DNA of 64,000 nucleotides from Escherichia phage vB_EcoM-LTH01, in sequence record PP430345; one strand, given 5' to 3'. Positions 1 to 9,134 of the stretch are shown here, piece by piece (the first letter of the stretch is position 1; every line of letters starts with the position of its first letter). Made by a program: the position numbers and the translations under genes. The notes below the pieces were generated by a model. That model saw only the letters and a program-made list of their open reading frames with translations. It was not told the DNA's origin and did no database searches.

Positions 1-224
1 GCTCGCCTAAAATTTACCGAAAAATATTTTTAAAATGTTGTTGCTTTCGAATCAAAAACGGTGCTATTATATATTCATGGTGATGAGGACGGTTTCACGA
101 GGCAATCACCACCCCTGCCCGCTATTTTGCAAATGAGAATAATTCTCACCCCCCTGAAAAATTTCTTATCAAAGACCTTGACAAGCCTTATATTTTTGTG
201 CATATAAAAAATTTTTCAATTTTG

Positions 225-700
225 AAATGAAACTGAAATTTGAAAAACCCCTCAAGTATCTGGCCTGTAGCTCAAGTTCTCAATTTAAAATGCAAACTCA
301 AAAATGAAAAACCTCTCAAGTTCCTAATCTCTGTATCGAAAAACCTCTCAAGTTCTCGTGCACAGCTTTCAGGTTACGATCTGAAAAATGAAAAACCCCT
401 CAAGTTCTCAAATTATTTTGGTCACTGGTGTTGTATGTTTGCTTTGTATCATAGGTATACTGGAACAGTAACGTATTGAATCTGGATGGTGAGTCTGTAA
501 GAGGGGCATCAACTAAGTTGATCTAGTGGTGCAGGTATGCAGGAATGACACAGTATGGATGGGGCACGGTGGCAGGAGTCTTAAATTTATCTCAAATAGA
601 ATTTCAAATTGAAATCTGAAAATCCCCCATGAAACAAATATCACAGGGAAATATCTCAAATAGATTTTGGATCTGAAATCTGAATTTGTTTCAGCGAGCA
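225..700. repeat. Repeat-rich non-coding region: four copies of GAAAAACC(C/T)CTCAAGT (241-260, 306-324, 338-357, 390-410) and two copies of ATCTCAAATAGA...ATCTGAA (589-624, 653-688); candidate origin, packaging or regulator-binding array
   Basis: Direct repeats read in the sequence; no convincing ORF; lies beyond the 3' end of the minus-strand block. Confidence 0.6.
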
Positions 701-704
701 AATA

Positions 705-1523
705 TCACTCGTTAAAGAGTGTGTACAGGTCGAACGAAACATCCCCATTCACAGCTTTGAATAGTTGGATCTCTTCTTCTGTTGGGGAAAGCCAGTCTTC
801 AAAGAAAGTTTTAAAGTCCTCCTCTTTAAATGACTTACCCATTTTACTATCCCCTGTTGCGAAACGGATATAGTTTACTAGTTTAAATTTCTGATCTCTT
901 TCTTTACCAAAGAGGATGCTCTCTTTTGTCCAGTTGTTATGGACCATCAAGGAACCATCACAAAAGATATTTAACGTAACTGAAGTATCTTTCTTACCTA
1001 CCCGATTGATGTAACGAGTAAGGGAATCTTTCTCATACTCCCAGACAAAAGCCAGACTACCGAATGCTTTTTTGGATTTAAGATAGGCTAAAGGAAACTG
1101 ATCTACACAGGTATGATCAGCCCTTACAAAACCAGGGTCCATGCTGTCAGTAGCGTCAGCTATTTGGCTGAGTAAGGTTATTGCCTTGTCATCATTTATC
1201 GGGTCTTTTGATGAAGGATCAAAAGCTTCATCAAGAATACGCGATACCTTAGTGCGGTACTCATGAAACTTCGTGATTAGCGCCTCTGACTTTTCAATAT
1301 ATTCTTGAACAGAATCATCAGTATCAAGTTCACGGATCAAGTCTTTCAATCCGTGCACAGCACTTTCAATCTCCTCATTCTCTAGATCTCTTAAAGTGTA
1401 CTCTGCATTCCTGATCATTGTTTTATGATCAAGTGGAGTAGGTGATTGCAAACCATGAGGATTGGTAATATTCATCGGGACAACTTCATAAATGATTAGT
1501 GGGTCAAATTTACGGTAGGCCAT
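705..1523 (-). CDS. hypothetical protein (272 aa)
   Basis: Long ORF in the minus-strand block; no recognisable motif. Confidence 0.65.
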   Translation of the reverse strand: MAYRKFDPLIIYEVVPMNITNPHGLQSPTPLDHKTMIRNAEYTLRDLENEEIESAVHGLKDLIRELDTDDSVQEYIEKSEALITKFHEYRTKVSRILDEAFDPSSKDPINDDKAITLLSQIADATDSMDPGFVRADHTCVDQFPLAYLKSKKAFGSLAFVWEYEKDSLTRYINRVGKKDTSVTLNIFCDGSLMVHNNWTKESILFGKERDQKFKLVNYIRFATGDSKMGKSFKEEDFKTFFEDWLSPTEEEIQLFKAVNGDVSFDLYTLFNE

Positions 1524-1628
1524 GTAAGCTCCTGTATGCGTTTGTGAAGACCTTTTATGCTTGGCAAGGTCATTTATCGTCTTGTGTTTGTTTATGCTTA
1601 CAGGGGCCTGTTTAGGCCCCTTCTTTTG

Positions 1629-1856
1629 TTACTGTCTAATCTCAATAAGGGAAAGCTCGTGTTTTGGAGTGGGGCTGTAGCCTTCCCCATCATCATTGCC
1701 CCAAAATTCGAGAACATTCTTTAAGTTCATCTCTCCCATATCCCCTTCGTACCATTCAAAACCATAAAACTCTTCTGTCTCTAAATTCTCGACAAACAGC
1801 ACAGTCTTTAATTTCAGGTCACGATAGAATCGAAAGTTCTTTGGAAGCTTGTACAT
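1629..1856 (-). CDS. hypothetical protein (75 aa)
   Basis: ORF abutting its neighbours in the same operon. Confidence 0.5.
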   Translation of the reverse strand: MYKLPKNFRFYRDLKLKTVLFVENLETEEFYGFEWYEGDMGEMNLKNVLEFWGNDDGEGYSPTPKHELSLIEIRQ

Positions 1857-2170
1857 TACATCACCTCCAGGTCATTGTCATCACAGTATTTAAGAATCCA
1901 GGCCAATGCCGCATTGAATTCTTGTTCGTGATCAGTGTCCGCAGTTAATGTAAAAACTAACCACATGTCTTTGTTCGTTTCTACCCGAACGTAGTCGGTA
2001 AAACCCTGCTTCATAATTTTACGTAGGAAGTCTTCTTCCGTCAAGGGGTAGTTTACAGAAGTATCAATACCCTCTTCGGTCATACGCTCAAGACTAATGT
2101 CTGCAACGATATTTTTACGTACACTGAAAGTCTTGTCAATAACTACTTGCGTTCTTTCATCGATAATCAT
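1856..2170 (-). CDS. hypothetical protein (104 aa)
   Basis: ORF whose stop overlaps the next start. Confidence 0.55.
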   Translation of the reverse strand: MIIDERTQVVIDKTFSVRKNIVADISLERMTEEGIDTSVNYPLTEEDFLRKIMKQGFTDYVRVETNKDMWLVFTLTADTDHEQEFNAALAWILKYCDDNDLEVM

Positions 2171-2173
2171 CTT

Positions 2174-2794
2174 TTATTCTCCTTTAACCAGTTTAGTAAG
2201 CTGTGCAATGAATTGATCCAGATTGTCCTCTGTGACTTCCGCATCCTTAACTCTGACTGTGCGCTTAATGTTCACTTCAAAAACATCCGTATCTACAACT
2301 TCCTGTTCTTTTTCTACAGGTGCAGGAGTGTAATTATCAAACTTAGCCAATGCTTTCTTTAAGCTATCTTCCTGCAAGGTGAAGTATTTTTCCAAATTAC
2401 TTTGCTTAAGCATAACATAATCGTCAGGATTATCGGAGTTATACAGTCGCCACATATTTGGATGACTTGTTTTGATCTTGTAGTCACCCCATTTATCCCC
2501 CAGCAGATACTGATCATCAATAGCCACTTCACCCCTTGGGATCGCTAGGTTAACGATGTATTCTGCCGACTCCGCTGACCATTGAGGGAAGAATGTGAAA
2601 TACTCTTCGATATCTCTGGATGTTAAGAACTGACCCTCAATACGTGGACCCACCGGACGTAAGTAAGAATCGTTATTCTCAGAAGGTCGAACAATGAATC
2701 GATCACCATGATTTTCAATCATACGTCGGTTAGATGGGTCCATTGAAATAAAATAACTTTTCTTACTTTCTTTCAGTTTTGCATATATAGCCAT
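2174..2794 (-). CDS. hypothetical protein (206 aa)
   Basis: ORF in operon context. Confidence 0.6.
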   Translation of the reverse strand: MAIYAKLKESKKSYFISMDPSNRRMIENHGDRFIVRPSENNDSYLRPVGPRIEGQFLTSRDIEEYFTFFPQWSAESAEYIVNLAIPRGEVAIDDQYLLGDKWGDYKIKTSHPNMWRLYNSDNPDDYVMLKQSNLEKYFTLQEDSLKKALAKFDNYTPAPVEKEQEVVDTDVFEVNIKRTVRVKDAEVTEDNLDQFIAQLTKLVKGE

Positions 2795-2864
2795 TTCTTT
2801 CTCCTCTTTGTTTTGATAACTGAAGTTTAGCTCAAGGGGTGACTCTCGTCAACCCCTTTTGTGA

Positions 2865-3386
2865 TTAATTTGGCTTTATAACTTTACGAACAACATCCAA
2901 AATCTCACTTTGATGCGTATATTCAGTATTGATTTTTGTGGGCCAGTCCAGATACCAAGGTTCTTCTAACTCCCTCAGGGGTTGAAGCGCAAAAGGAACC
3001 CCATGAAGGATGTGATCACGGTCAGGGGCAAACGTCTCCGTATAATCCCAAGCCCATCTCGCCTGCCCTTTAGTTATTGAATCGGCCCGGCGTTGCTTCA
3101 AGATCATCTTCTTAATGAAAACAGGATCTTCATCCTTATCTTCAATAAATTTAGGCGCTCGACCCATACATCCGATAAGGTAGTCATTATCTACACGTTG
3201 GATGAAGGACTCTACACTACCTCCCATTGCATTCCATTGGCCTACCCAAGACTTGCCACTTGAGGTGACTATAAGCTTACCTCTGCCATTCTCGTAGTTC
3301 TCAATGATAACCTCGATAGGGTCGAGCCTTTCTTCCTGGAGTTCTTCTATTCGAACCTTTTTAACTAAGCTTTCTGTGACTTTCAT
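2865..3386 (-). CDS. hypothetical protein (173 aa)
   Basis: ORF in operon context. Confidence 0.6.
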   Translation of the reverse strand: MKVTESLVKKVRIEELQEERLDPIEVIIENYENGRGKLIVTSSGKSWVGQWNAMGGSVESFIQRVDNDYLIGCMGRAPKFIEDKDEDPVFIKKMILKQRRADSITKGQARWAWDYTETFAPDRDHILHGVPFALQPLRELEEPWYLDWPTKINTEYTHQSEILDVVRKVIKPN

Positions 3387-3527
3387 TTCTTTTCCTTACG
3401 CTCTGGAAACTTCCACGCGAAGTACGCCATGTTTCGATTATGCTTCACACCATAATACACTTCATGACCGTATCCGAAAAGATATCCAGCAACAACTAGC
3501 GCGTATTCCCAAAACTTCCACTTGATT

Positions 3528-3935
3528 TTACGGATTGCATTTCCCATGTTTTCTCCCTATTAAGACTTTGTGACGTTTCTGAACGGCTCGCTCTAAAGGA
3601 TTAACCCATTTGGTATTAGTCTTCTTAAGCTTACGTGTAATGTTCCAGACAATGATCTTCTTACCAATATCAGTTCCACTCACCTTTAAAAGAACGGCTT
3701 GTTTGATAGCGCCCCCTCTTACCACAATGTTTGCAATAAGGAAAGACAACAAAGCTAAAGGACCCATCAGGATCACAACAATAAACATGAAGTAGTCCAT
3801 CCCACTTACTTTGCCAGTACCTGCCAAAAGGTCAATGTAAAACCAGATCACAAAAGGAATACACAGTAGATAGATACCGATAAATACCCAATCAACCACT
3901 GTCAGTGCAAACACCATACTCAAAAAAGCATCCAT
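3528..3935 (-). CDS. small membrane protein (135 aa, about three hydrophobic helices)
   Basis: ORF with hydrophobic segments (VFALTVVDWVFIGIYLLCIPFVIWF, FMFIVVILMGPLALLSFLIANIVV). Confidence 0.55.
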   Translation of the reverse strand: MDAFLSMVFALTVVDWVFIGIYLLCIPFVIWFYIDLLAGTGKVSGMDYFMFIVVILMGPLALLSFLIANIVVRGGAIKQAVLLKVSGTDIGKKIIVWNITRKLKKTNTKWVNPLERAVQKRHKVLIGRKHGKCNP

Positions 3936-3944
3936 AATAACCCC

Positions 3945-4046
3945 TTAATGACGACCATAGACATAGGTTTGTGCGACTGCACGTTTACCATCACCACCTG
4001 CATTATCATTTGCAGGAACTACAAACAACCACCATTTAATACCCAT
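3945..4046 (-). CDS. possible tiny ORF (33 aa)
   Basis: GAGGTG ribosome-binding site before ATG, stop immediately before the next gene's binding site; not in the supplied track. Confidence 0.25.
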   Translation of the reverse strand: MGIKWWLFVVPANDNAGGDGKRAVAQTYVYGRH

Positions 4047-4055
4047 ACTCACCTC

Positions 4056-4298
4056 TTAAACAGGATGTTGATCACAATAACCAAATACACCAAATCCATC
4101 AATTAGGATCAGATGGTTGTTCCAGTTGATACGCTCATCAACTCCCTTTTCCACAATACTGATCGAATCAACAGAGAAATTAAACGGCTTACCTAACTCT
4201 TTGTTGATATGATCTACAAGAGATTGTTTTGTACCTTCAATCTGTTTAACAGTTTTCAAACTTTCGATCAATGTACCACGATGTTGACGTACTCTCAT
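4056..4298 (-). CDS. hypothetical protein (80 aa)
   Basis: ORF preceded by GGAGG ribosome-binding site. Confidence 0.55.
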   Translation of the reverse strand: MRVRQHRGTLIESLKTVKQIEGTKQSLVDHINKELGKPFNFSVDSISIVEKGVDERINWNNHLILIDGFGVFGYCDQHPV

Positions 4299-4534
4299 TA
4301 CGACCTCCTCTTAATAAATTCCAAAACTATTGAGTAAAACTTTACCCACTGATCCAACAATCATGAAGATCAATCCCAATGTTAGACAGTATATGTAAAA
4401 CTTATCCAATTGACTTTCCTTCTCTTGTTAACTCTACATCTGTTTCATTGTGGTGTCAACACAATTTTGTGGTGACTTAAAAAATTAAGTACCGAACGAA
4501 TGTGAGTGTGGTTAATTTTTTAATAGATATATAA

Positions 4535-4580
4535 ACCCCGTCGAAGCAACCGAGCAGGTTGAGGGGTTTATCATCTAATA
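4535..4580 (-). terminator. possible stem-loop terminator downstream of the 4619-4990 gene
   Basis: AAACCCC ... GGGGTTT inverted repeat with a long loop and a T/A-rich flank; weak. Confidence 0.3.
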
Positions 4581-4618
4581 TAGTATTGTATGCCTAAATG
4601 GGCATAAAGGAAATGTTG

Positions 4619-4990
4619 TTACTTAGACCAACGTTTCAACGTATTCCTTACCATCGTGTGCATACTTTCCTCATCATGACCTGCTGACCACATTGCCGTA
4701 AGTAACGAGAGCAACCTTACAATATCTGGCTCCTCATCTAACAGACTACCAACCGTAGCGGACAGGAAATCAATATCTTCATCAGCAATACGATCAGGAT
4801 ACAGGAAAGTGTCTTCCTTTACAAGATCTATCGGCTTTCCTGATCCAATCTTATGGCGAGATAAAGTAAATCCTTTCCCGTTAAAGGTGGAGGCCCACCA
4901 TTTTACAGCCTCCGCACTTTCATTAATCATGTTGATAGTCATAACCACACCACGCCTACCAACTGATAACTTGTAAGTATACTCGCTCAA
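4619..4990 (-). CDS. hypothetical protein (123 aa)
   Basis: ORF in operon context. Confidence 0.6.
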   Translation of the reverse strand: MSEYTYKLSVGRRGVVMTINMINESAEAVKWWASTFNGKGFTLSRHKIGSGKPIDLVKEDTFLYPDRIADEDIDFLSATVGSLLDEEPDIVRLLSLLTAMWSAGHDEESMHTMVRNTLKRWSK

Positions 4991-5001
4991 AGATCCTCCC
5001 C

Positions 5002-6540
5002 TTATTTAAGATACTTGTCAAAATCAATTGCCTTGCCAAAAGGCGGGGTGAACGAAGACCCGCGACCTAGGATGATCCAAAGAACATTCTTACCATACTT
5101 TTTGGCCCAATCTTTCTTTTGAGATACATCAGCAAAGTAACCGTCAGTATAGATGATGATCTGATCCATAGGGTCTTTCATTTCATCTAATGCTTCAAAC
5201 ACACAAGAAACATCCGTACCAAATGTGGTCTTGATCTTATAGTTAGCAATCTCATTCACATTCTTCTTCGTATACGTTTCAATGTTACCAACCTTTGTTG
5301 ACCAGCAGGCCATCGTGACCTCAAACTCGTCGTAAAGATTACACAATCCACGAATCTCACGCATTGTTGGTCTTAACAGTTCATCGTTAAATGATCCCGA
5401 CACATCAAAGAAAACACCTGCACGGATAGTCTTCTGTTTATTCTTTGATGGTAAACCAATTGTTTGTCGTCCAGACAAGTAACCTGAGCTACGGAGAGTC
5501 CGAGTTAACGAGTGACTACGGCGTGACAAACGACGATATGATACATCATCTTTAAACAGGCGTTCAATAGTTTTACGCAACAAACGAAGATAGTTAATCT
5601 TTGGTTTACCTGCCGCTTCTACAAAACGTCGTGCATCTTCCGGCGCACCGCTTCCTGCTGCCTGTACGGCATTCTCAATAGCTCGACGCATAACCCCATC
5701 GTTGTACTGGCGTTCTTCTGCTGTTTGCTTGGGCTTCGCTTTACGGTCGATTCCCAGTGCATCTTCGATATCATCACCTTCTGAATCTTCTGGATCACCA
5801 TTCTGGTCCATGTGCTGATCAACACCTTTACGACCTTGACCACCTTCTTCACCATCACCCTCTCCACTTCCAGAACCAGAACCTTTCCCTTTGGATTTTT
5901 CTTTATCATCTTGCTCTTTATTCAGTATTTCATAGATCTGCTCAGTATACATATCTTTGAATCGGAAATCACAGTAAGACCAGGCCATAAATCCAAATTC
6001 AGCATTTTTATCAAATACCGTTCTCTCTCCGGCAGGGAACCAGGCTTTACCTAGCTCATCCCCTTTCTGGTGAATAAGCACAGCCGTTGTATTGATACGG
6101 TGATCCGCTGCAATGTTGTAAAGTTCATGATTAAATCCTTTACCACGAGAGGCGTGATCAGAGATCACATGATCACATTCATGCTCAAGAATAAGAGCAA
6201 GCTCACGAGCAGTCTTTCGACGATAGAAGACATTGATAAACTCAATACCCTCTTTCAGCTTTTTAGGATCTTTCTCAGATTTGGAAAGTCGATCAAGTAC
6301 CAATTTTTTACGTTCTTCTGTCATACCTGCAACGAACTCTGGATGGTAATACAGGTTACGTCCATCAGTCGCCATTGTACTACACCACTCCGTCGCCTTT
6401 TTAACAGGCATAGACGAAAGCATCACCCCGTAGAAGGGTTTAAAACGCATCAGTTGTAGACTAGCAGCCTCAATGATACGTTCTGCTTCAGAGACTTGCA
6501 TTTCAATCATGTTGCTTTCTTCAATCGTCAGTTTTGCCAT
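5002..6540 (-). CDS. metallopeptidase-like (HExxH) plus VWA-like domain protein, partner of the adjacent MoxR-like ATPase
   Basis: N-terminal HECDH (HExxH-type) motif, acidic Gly/Ser-rich linker, C-terminal VWA-like FFDVSGSF (DxSxS) motif; sits directly downstream of the AAA+ ATPase. Confidence 0.7.
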   Translation of the reverse strand: MAKLTIEESNMIEMQVSEAERIIEAASLQLMRFKPFYGVMLSSMPVKKATEWCSTMATDGRNLYYHPEFVAGMTEERKKLVLDRLSKSEKDPKKLKEGIEFINVFYRRKTARELALILEHECDHVISDHASRGKGFNHELYNIAADHRINTTAVLIHQKGDELGKAWFPAGERTVFDKNAEFGFMAWSYCDFRFKDMYTEQIYEILNKEQDDKEKSKGKGSGSGSGEGDGEEGGQGRKGVDQHMDQNGDPEDSEGDDIEDALGIDRKAKPKQTAEERQYNDGVMRRAIENAVQAAGSGAPEDARRFVEAAGKPKINYLRLLRKTIERLFKDDVSYRRLSRRSHSLTRTLRSSGYLSGRQTIGLPSKNKQKTIRAGVFFDVSGSFNDELLRPTMREIRGLCNLYDEFEVTMACWSTKVGNIETYTKKNVNEIANYKIKTTFGTDVSCVFEALDEMKDPMDQIIIYTDGYFADVSQKKDWAKKYGKNVLWIILGRGSSFTPPFGKAIDFDKYLK

Positions 6541-6552
6541 TTCATTTTCTCC

Positions 6553-6585
6553 AAATTAAAAAAGGACACCTCTTTCGAGATGCCC
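6553..6585 (-). terminator. stem-loop with GAAA loop followed by U6, between the MoxR and VWA genes; overlaps a TTGACA-N17-TAATAT promoter-like element (6588-6616, minus)
   Basis: Minus-strand reading GGGCATCTC-GAAA-GAGGTGTCC then TTTTTT. Confidence 0.4.
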
Positions 6586-6620
6586 TTATATTAAGTTAAC
6601 TGTTTTTCGTTGTCAAGAGA

Positions 6621-7850
6621 TTATTCGAATTCTTTAATCAGTTGACCATATCGAGTCATGTATTCCATAACTGCGGCAGAAACAGTCGGGCAACTCTTAC
6701 GCATCAGCGGAATCATTTTCTGACGTTTCGGGTTAACAGTTAGGATAGATGGCTTATCGTTTGGACCACGGAACACGCCCAAGATCAAAGCAATCATCGT
6801 ATCCTTGTTGTTTGCATAATAGTTATTGTACATGAACGTAAGGAAGTTACCTGCACGCTCAAGGAACTTATCATCCGTCATGTCATTATCCATAACCTCA
6901 TCTTCCATGCGACGAAGGCCAGTTTGTGCCAGTACGTAAACAAGGTCGTTCTTACTACGATCAAGTTTATGTTCTTTCACTGCCCCACTAAAGATATCTT
7001 CAATCGGTGGAAGTTCTTTAGCACGTAAATGATAAGCAAGGATCTGTACTTCCAGGCCTTCACCAACTGTACCTGCAAGAGCAACCTCTGCGATAAATTC
7101 ATTAATCTCACCTGCATCATACTTGTACAGAATGTCAGATGCTGTTTTCCATTGACGAGGAGATGAATAAACCGGAGTACTTCGGTTTTCTACGTCACCA
7201 GTATAGAAATGCTCTGGAAACTGCTTCAAGAAACCAATAATGTTCGGGTGCAGACGGAACGGAATCGCATAGTCTTCGATCCACACATCCAGATTATAAT
7301 CAACTTCTGCAATAATCATACGGTTAACCAATGGGCCAGGCATAGAAGTAGTCCCTGCTCCATCAGTATCACGGTTACCTGCACCTACAAACACAGTACC
7401 TTTCGGGAACTTATGCTCACCTGCAACGTGATCAAGAATAACCTGATATGCAGAGTGCTGAGTGCCCAATGGTGCATTTGGCAGTTCATCCAGGAACACG
7501 ATACCTTCCCAATCAGGATCAGTAGGCCAAAAGTTTGGAACTGCATATACGGTACGAGTGACTTCTTTACCAGTTTTCGGATCTGGATAAGAGATCGGAA
7601 TCGGAATACCTGCGATATCTTGTGGCTCTTTATCCGACAGACGAACATCACAAAGGTTATTGCCTACACGATGTGGGAACATGGAATCAGCGATCTGTTT
7701 TACTTTTTCAGACTTACCAAGACCAGCACCACCAAAAAAGAATACGGTCTTTCCGATGGAAGCCCCCAGGCGAATCAGTGGTTCCATATCACGGATACTG
7801 ATACGTTTTTTGAACATGGTTTGGTCCATACGTTGATAAGTTGCTTGCAT
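6621..7850 (-). CDS. MoxR-like AAA+ ATPase
   Basis: Walker A FFFGGAGLGKSEK, Walker B IVFLDELPNAP; adjacent to the VWA protein. Confidence 0.7.
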   Translation of the reverse strand: MQATYQRMDQTMFKKRISIRDMEPLIRLGASIGKTVFFFGGAGLGKSEKVKQIADSMFPHRVGNNLCDVRLSDKEPQDIAGIPIPISYPDPKTGKEVTRTVYAVPNFWPTDPDWEGIVFLDELPNAPLGTQHSAYQVILDHVAGEHKFPKGTVFVGAGNRDTDGAGTTSMPGPLVNRMIIAEVDYNLDVWIEDYAIPFRLHPNIIGFLKQFPEHFYTGDVENRSTPVYSSPRQWKTASDILYKYDAGEINEFIAEVALAGTVGEGLEVQILAYHLRAKELPPIEDIFSGAVKEHKLDRSKNDLVYVLAQTGLRRMEDEVMDNDMTDDKFLERAGNFLTFMYNNYYANNKDTMIALILGVFRGPNDKPSILTVNPKRQKMIPLMRKSCPTVSAAVMEYMTRYGQLIKEFE

Positions 7851-7920
7851 TTTATATCTCCTCTTGTTTTTGATGTGATAAGTATATCTTTTCTATTTCT
7901 TAAGTCAACAAGTTTTTAAA

Positions 7921-8454
7921 TTATTTTGAAAAATTTTTACTTCCCCAACGACCAGTAAACATAAAACCCGCATCTTCAAAAACACCATCAGGATTTTCTT
8001 TGAAGAGTTTAAGGTAGTGTTCTAGAACACCGTCCCACTGCTTTTTATCGAAGTATACAACAGATTCACCTGTCAATACAACACCTTCGTCATAACCATC
8101 TTCCTTTTTACCCATGACCATCACGGTATTCTTTTTACGTCGAATAACCACATTATCATGATAGCCTGCACAACCCCCATGACCACAGCTACAAGTAAGG
8201 AATGATGCAAAAGAAAAACCAAATTGCCGATCTCCCTTGTACGTTGGGTTCATAGCTTCAAGGAAAGAAAACATGGTGTAAACACCTTTCGGTTCAGATC
8301 CATTGATCTTACAACCGAGCTTTGTAATGTCACCTTTTGTTTCTTCAGGGAATTCTTTCCAACCATCAGCGTCTTGTACCCCATAATCACCGTAACGTTC
8401 CAAATCGTCAAAGTATGTTGTTGTGAACGGTTCAATACTCAATACCTTTTTCAT
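7921..8454 (-). CDS. hypothetical protein (177 aa), Cys/His-rich segment
   Basis: ORF; CSCGHGGCAGYH cluster. Confidence 0.6.
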   Translation of the reverse strand: MKKVLSIEPFTTTYFDDLERYGDYGVQDADGWKEFPEETKGDITKLGCKINGSEPKGVYTMFSFLEAMNPTYKGDRQFGFSFASFLTCSCGHGGCAGYHDNVVIRRKKNTVMVMGKKEDGYDEGVVLTGESVVYFDKKQWDGVLEHYLKLFKENPDGVFEDAGFMFTGRWGSKNFSK

Positions 8455-9014
8455 TTAAACTCCTTCCACTTTTTAATAAGTTTCTGAACAAATTCTTTAC
8501 GTTCGTCGAGATAGCTACAATAGGCAAAAGAATCACAATAATCGAGATACCTTCCGATACTTTCATACCAACCAACCATCTCCGTAATCAACAAGTGCAT
8601 TGTTACATACTTCCTGATCCGTTGCAAGTCTTTTTCTGTGGTGCTACAAGTTCGCAGAATATCTAAGTTGTGTTTAAGATCCGCAAGCTTAACATGACAA
8701 GCACCCTCACTCTCTAAAATCCCCTCTAGGTAATCAGATGAAGATTGCTTACGTTTCTTTGTCACTGCATCGACAATCACTAAGGTTCTTTCTGAAATCC
8801 CCTTTTTAAAGAGGTGTTCCATAGTGATTTCAGTATCTTCAATCACATCATGCAAAACTCCTGCTGCCATTAAATCTTCCCTTCCCTTTTGCTGCAATGT
8901 TTGCATCACCTGCAAAGGATGAAGAATATAGATATTCCCCCCTTTATCTACTTGGTCAACATGGGCAGAAGCAGCTACGGATATCGCAATGGCTAACTCT
9001 TTATCTTGACTCAT
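8451..9014 (-). CDS. HD-domain small alarmone hydrolase-like protein (RelA/SpoT-type (p)ppGpp hydrolase fold)
   Basis: HPLQV...AAGVLHDVIEDT and KLADLKHNL, matching the SpoT/Mesh1 hydrolase signature (HD...LHDxxEDT...KLADRLHN). Confidence 0.7.
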   Translation of the reverse strand: MSQDKELAIAISVAASAHVDQVDKGGNIYILHPLQVMQTLQQKGREDLMAAGVLHDVIEDTEITMEHLFKKGISERTLVIVDAVTKKRKQSSSDYLEGILESEGACHVKLADLKHNLDILRTCSTTEKDLQRIRKYVTMHLLITEMVGWYESIGRYLDYCDSFAYCSYLDERKEFVQKLIKKWKEFK

Positions 9015-9076
9015 TTGTTATCTCCTTCTCATTTTAGATGTGCACAGTATAATGAAAATAAAATGCAAATCAAGTA

Positions 9077-9105
9077 TTGATCTTCTCCTCAAGTTCTCGT
9101 ATAGT
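9077..9105 (+). promoter_or_regulatory. sigma70-like promoter (TTGATC-N17-TATAGT) for the plus-strand block, in the divergent intergenic region
   Basis: Hexamers read in the sequence about 30 nt upstream of the 9135 start; spacer contains the CTCAAGTTCTCGT 13-mer. Confidence 0.45.
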
Positions 9106-9134
9106 TAGCACATACAAACGACGAGGGGTTAAAA

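Noticed and set aside
40-60. tRNA T-loop-like TTCGAATC
   Set aside because: No flanking acceptor or anticodon stem complementarity could be found by eye; no tRNA is called in this window.
241-410. Possible CRISPR array
   Set aside because: Only four imperfect ~20-bp repeats with irregular spacing of about 15-45 bp, and no cas genes; inconsistent with a CRISPR array.
240-479. 79-aa ORF on the plus strand
   Set aside because: It runs straight through the direct-repeat array and its repetitive peptide reflects the DNA repeats; no ribosome-binding site and no operon context.
7209-7919. 236-aa ORF on the plus strand
   Set aside because: Antisense to the MoxR-like ATPase gene, whose Walker motifs confirm the minus-strand frame.
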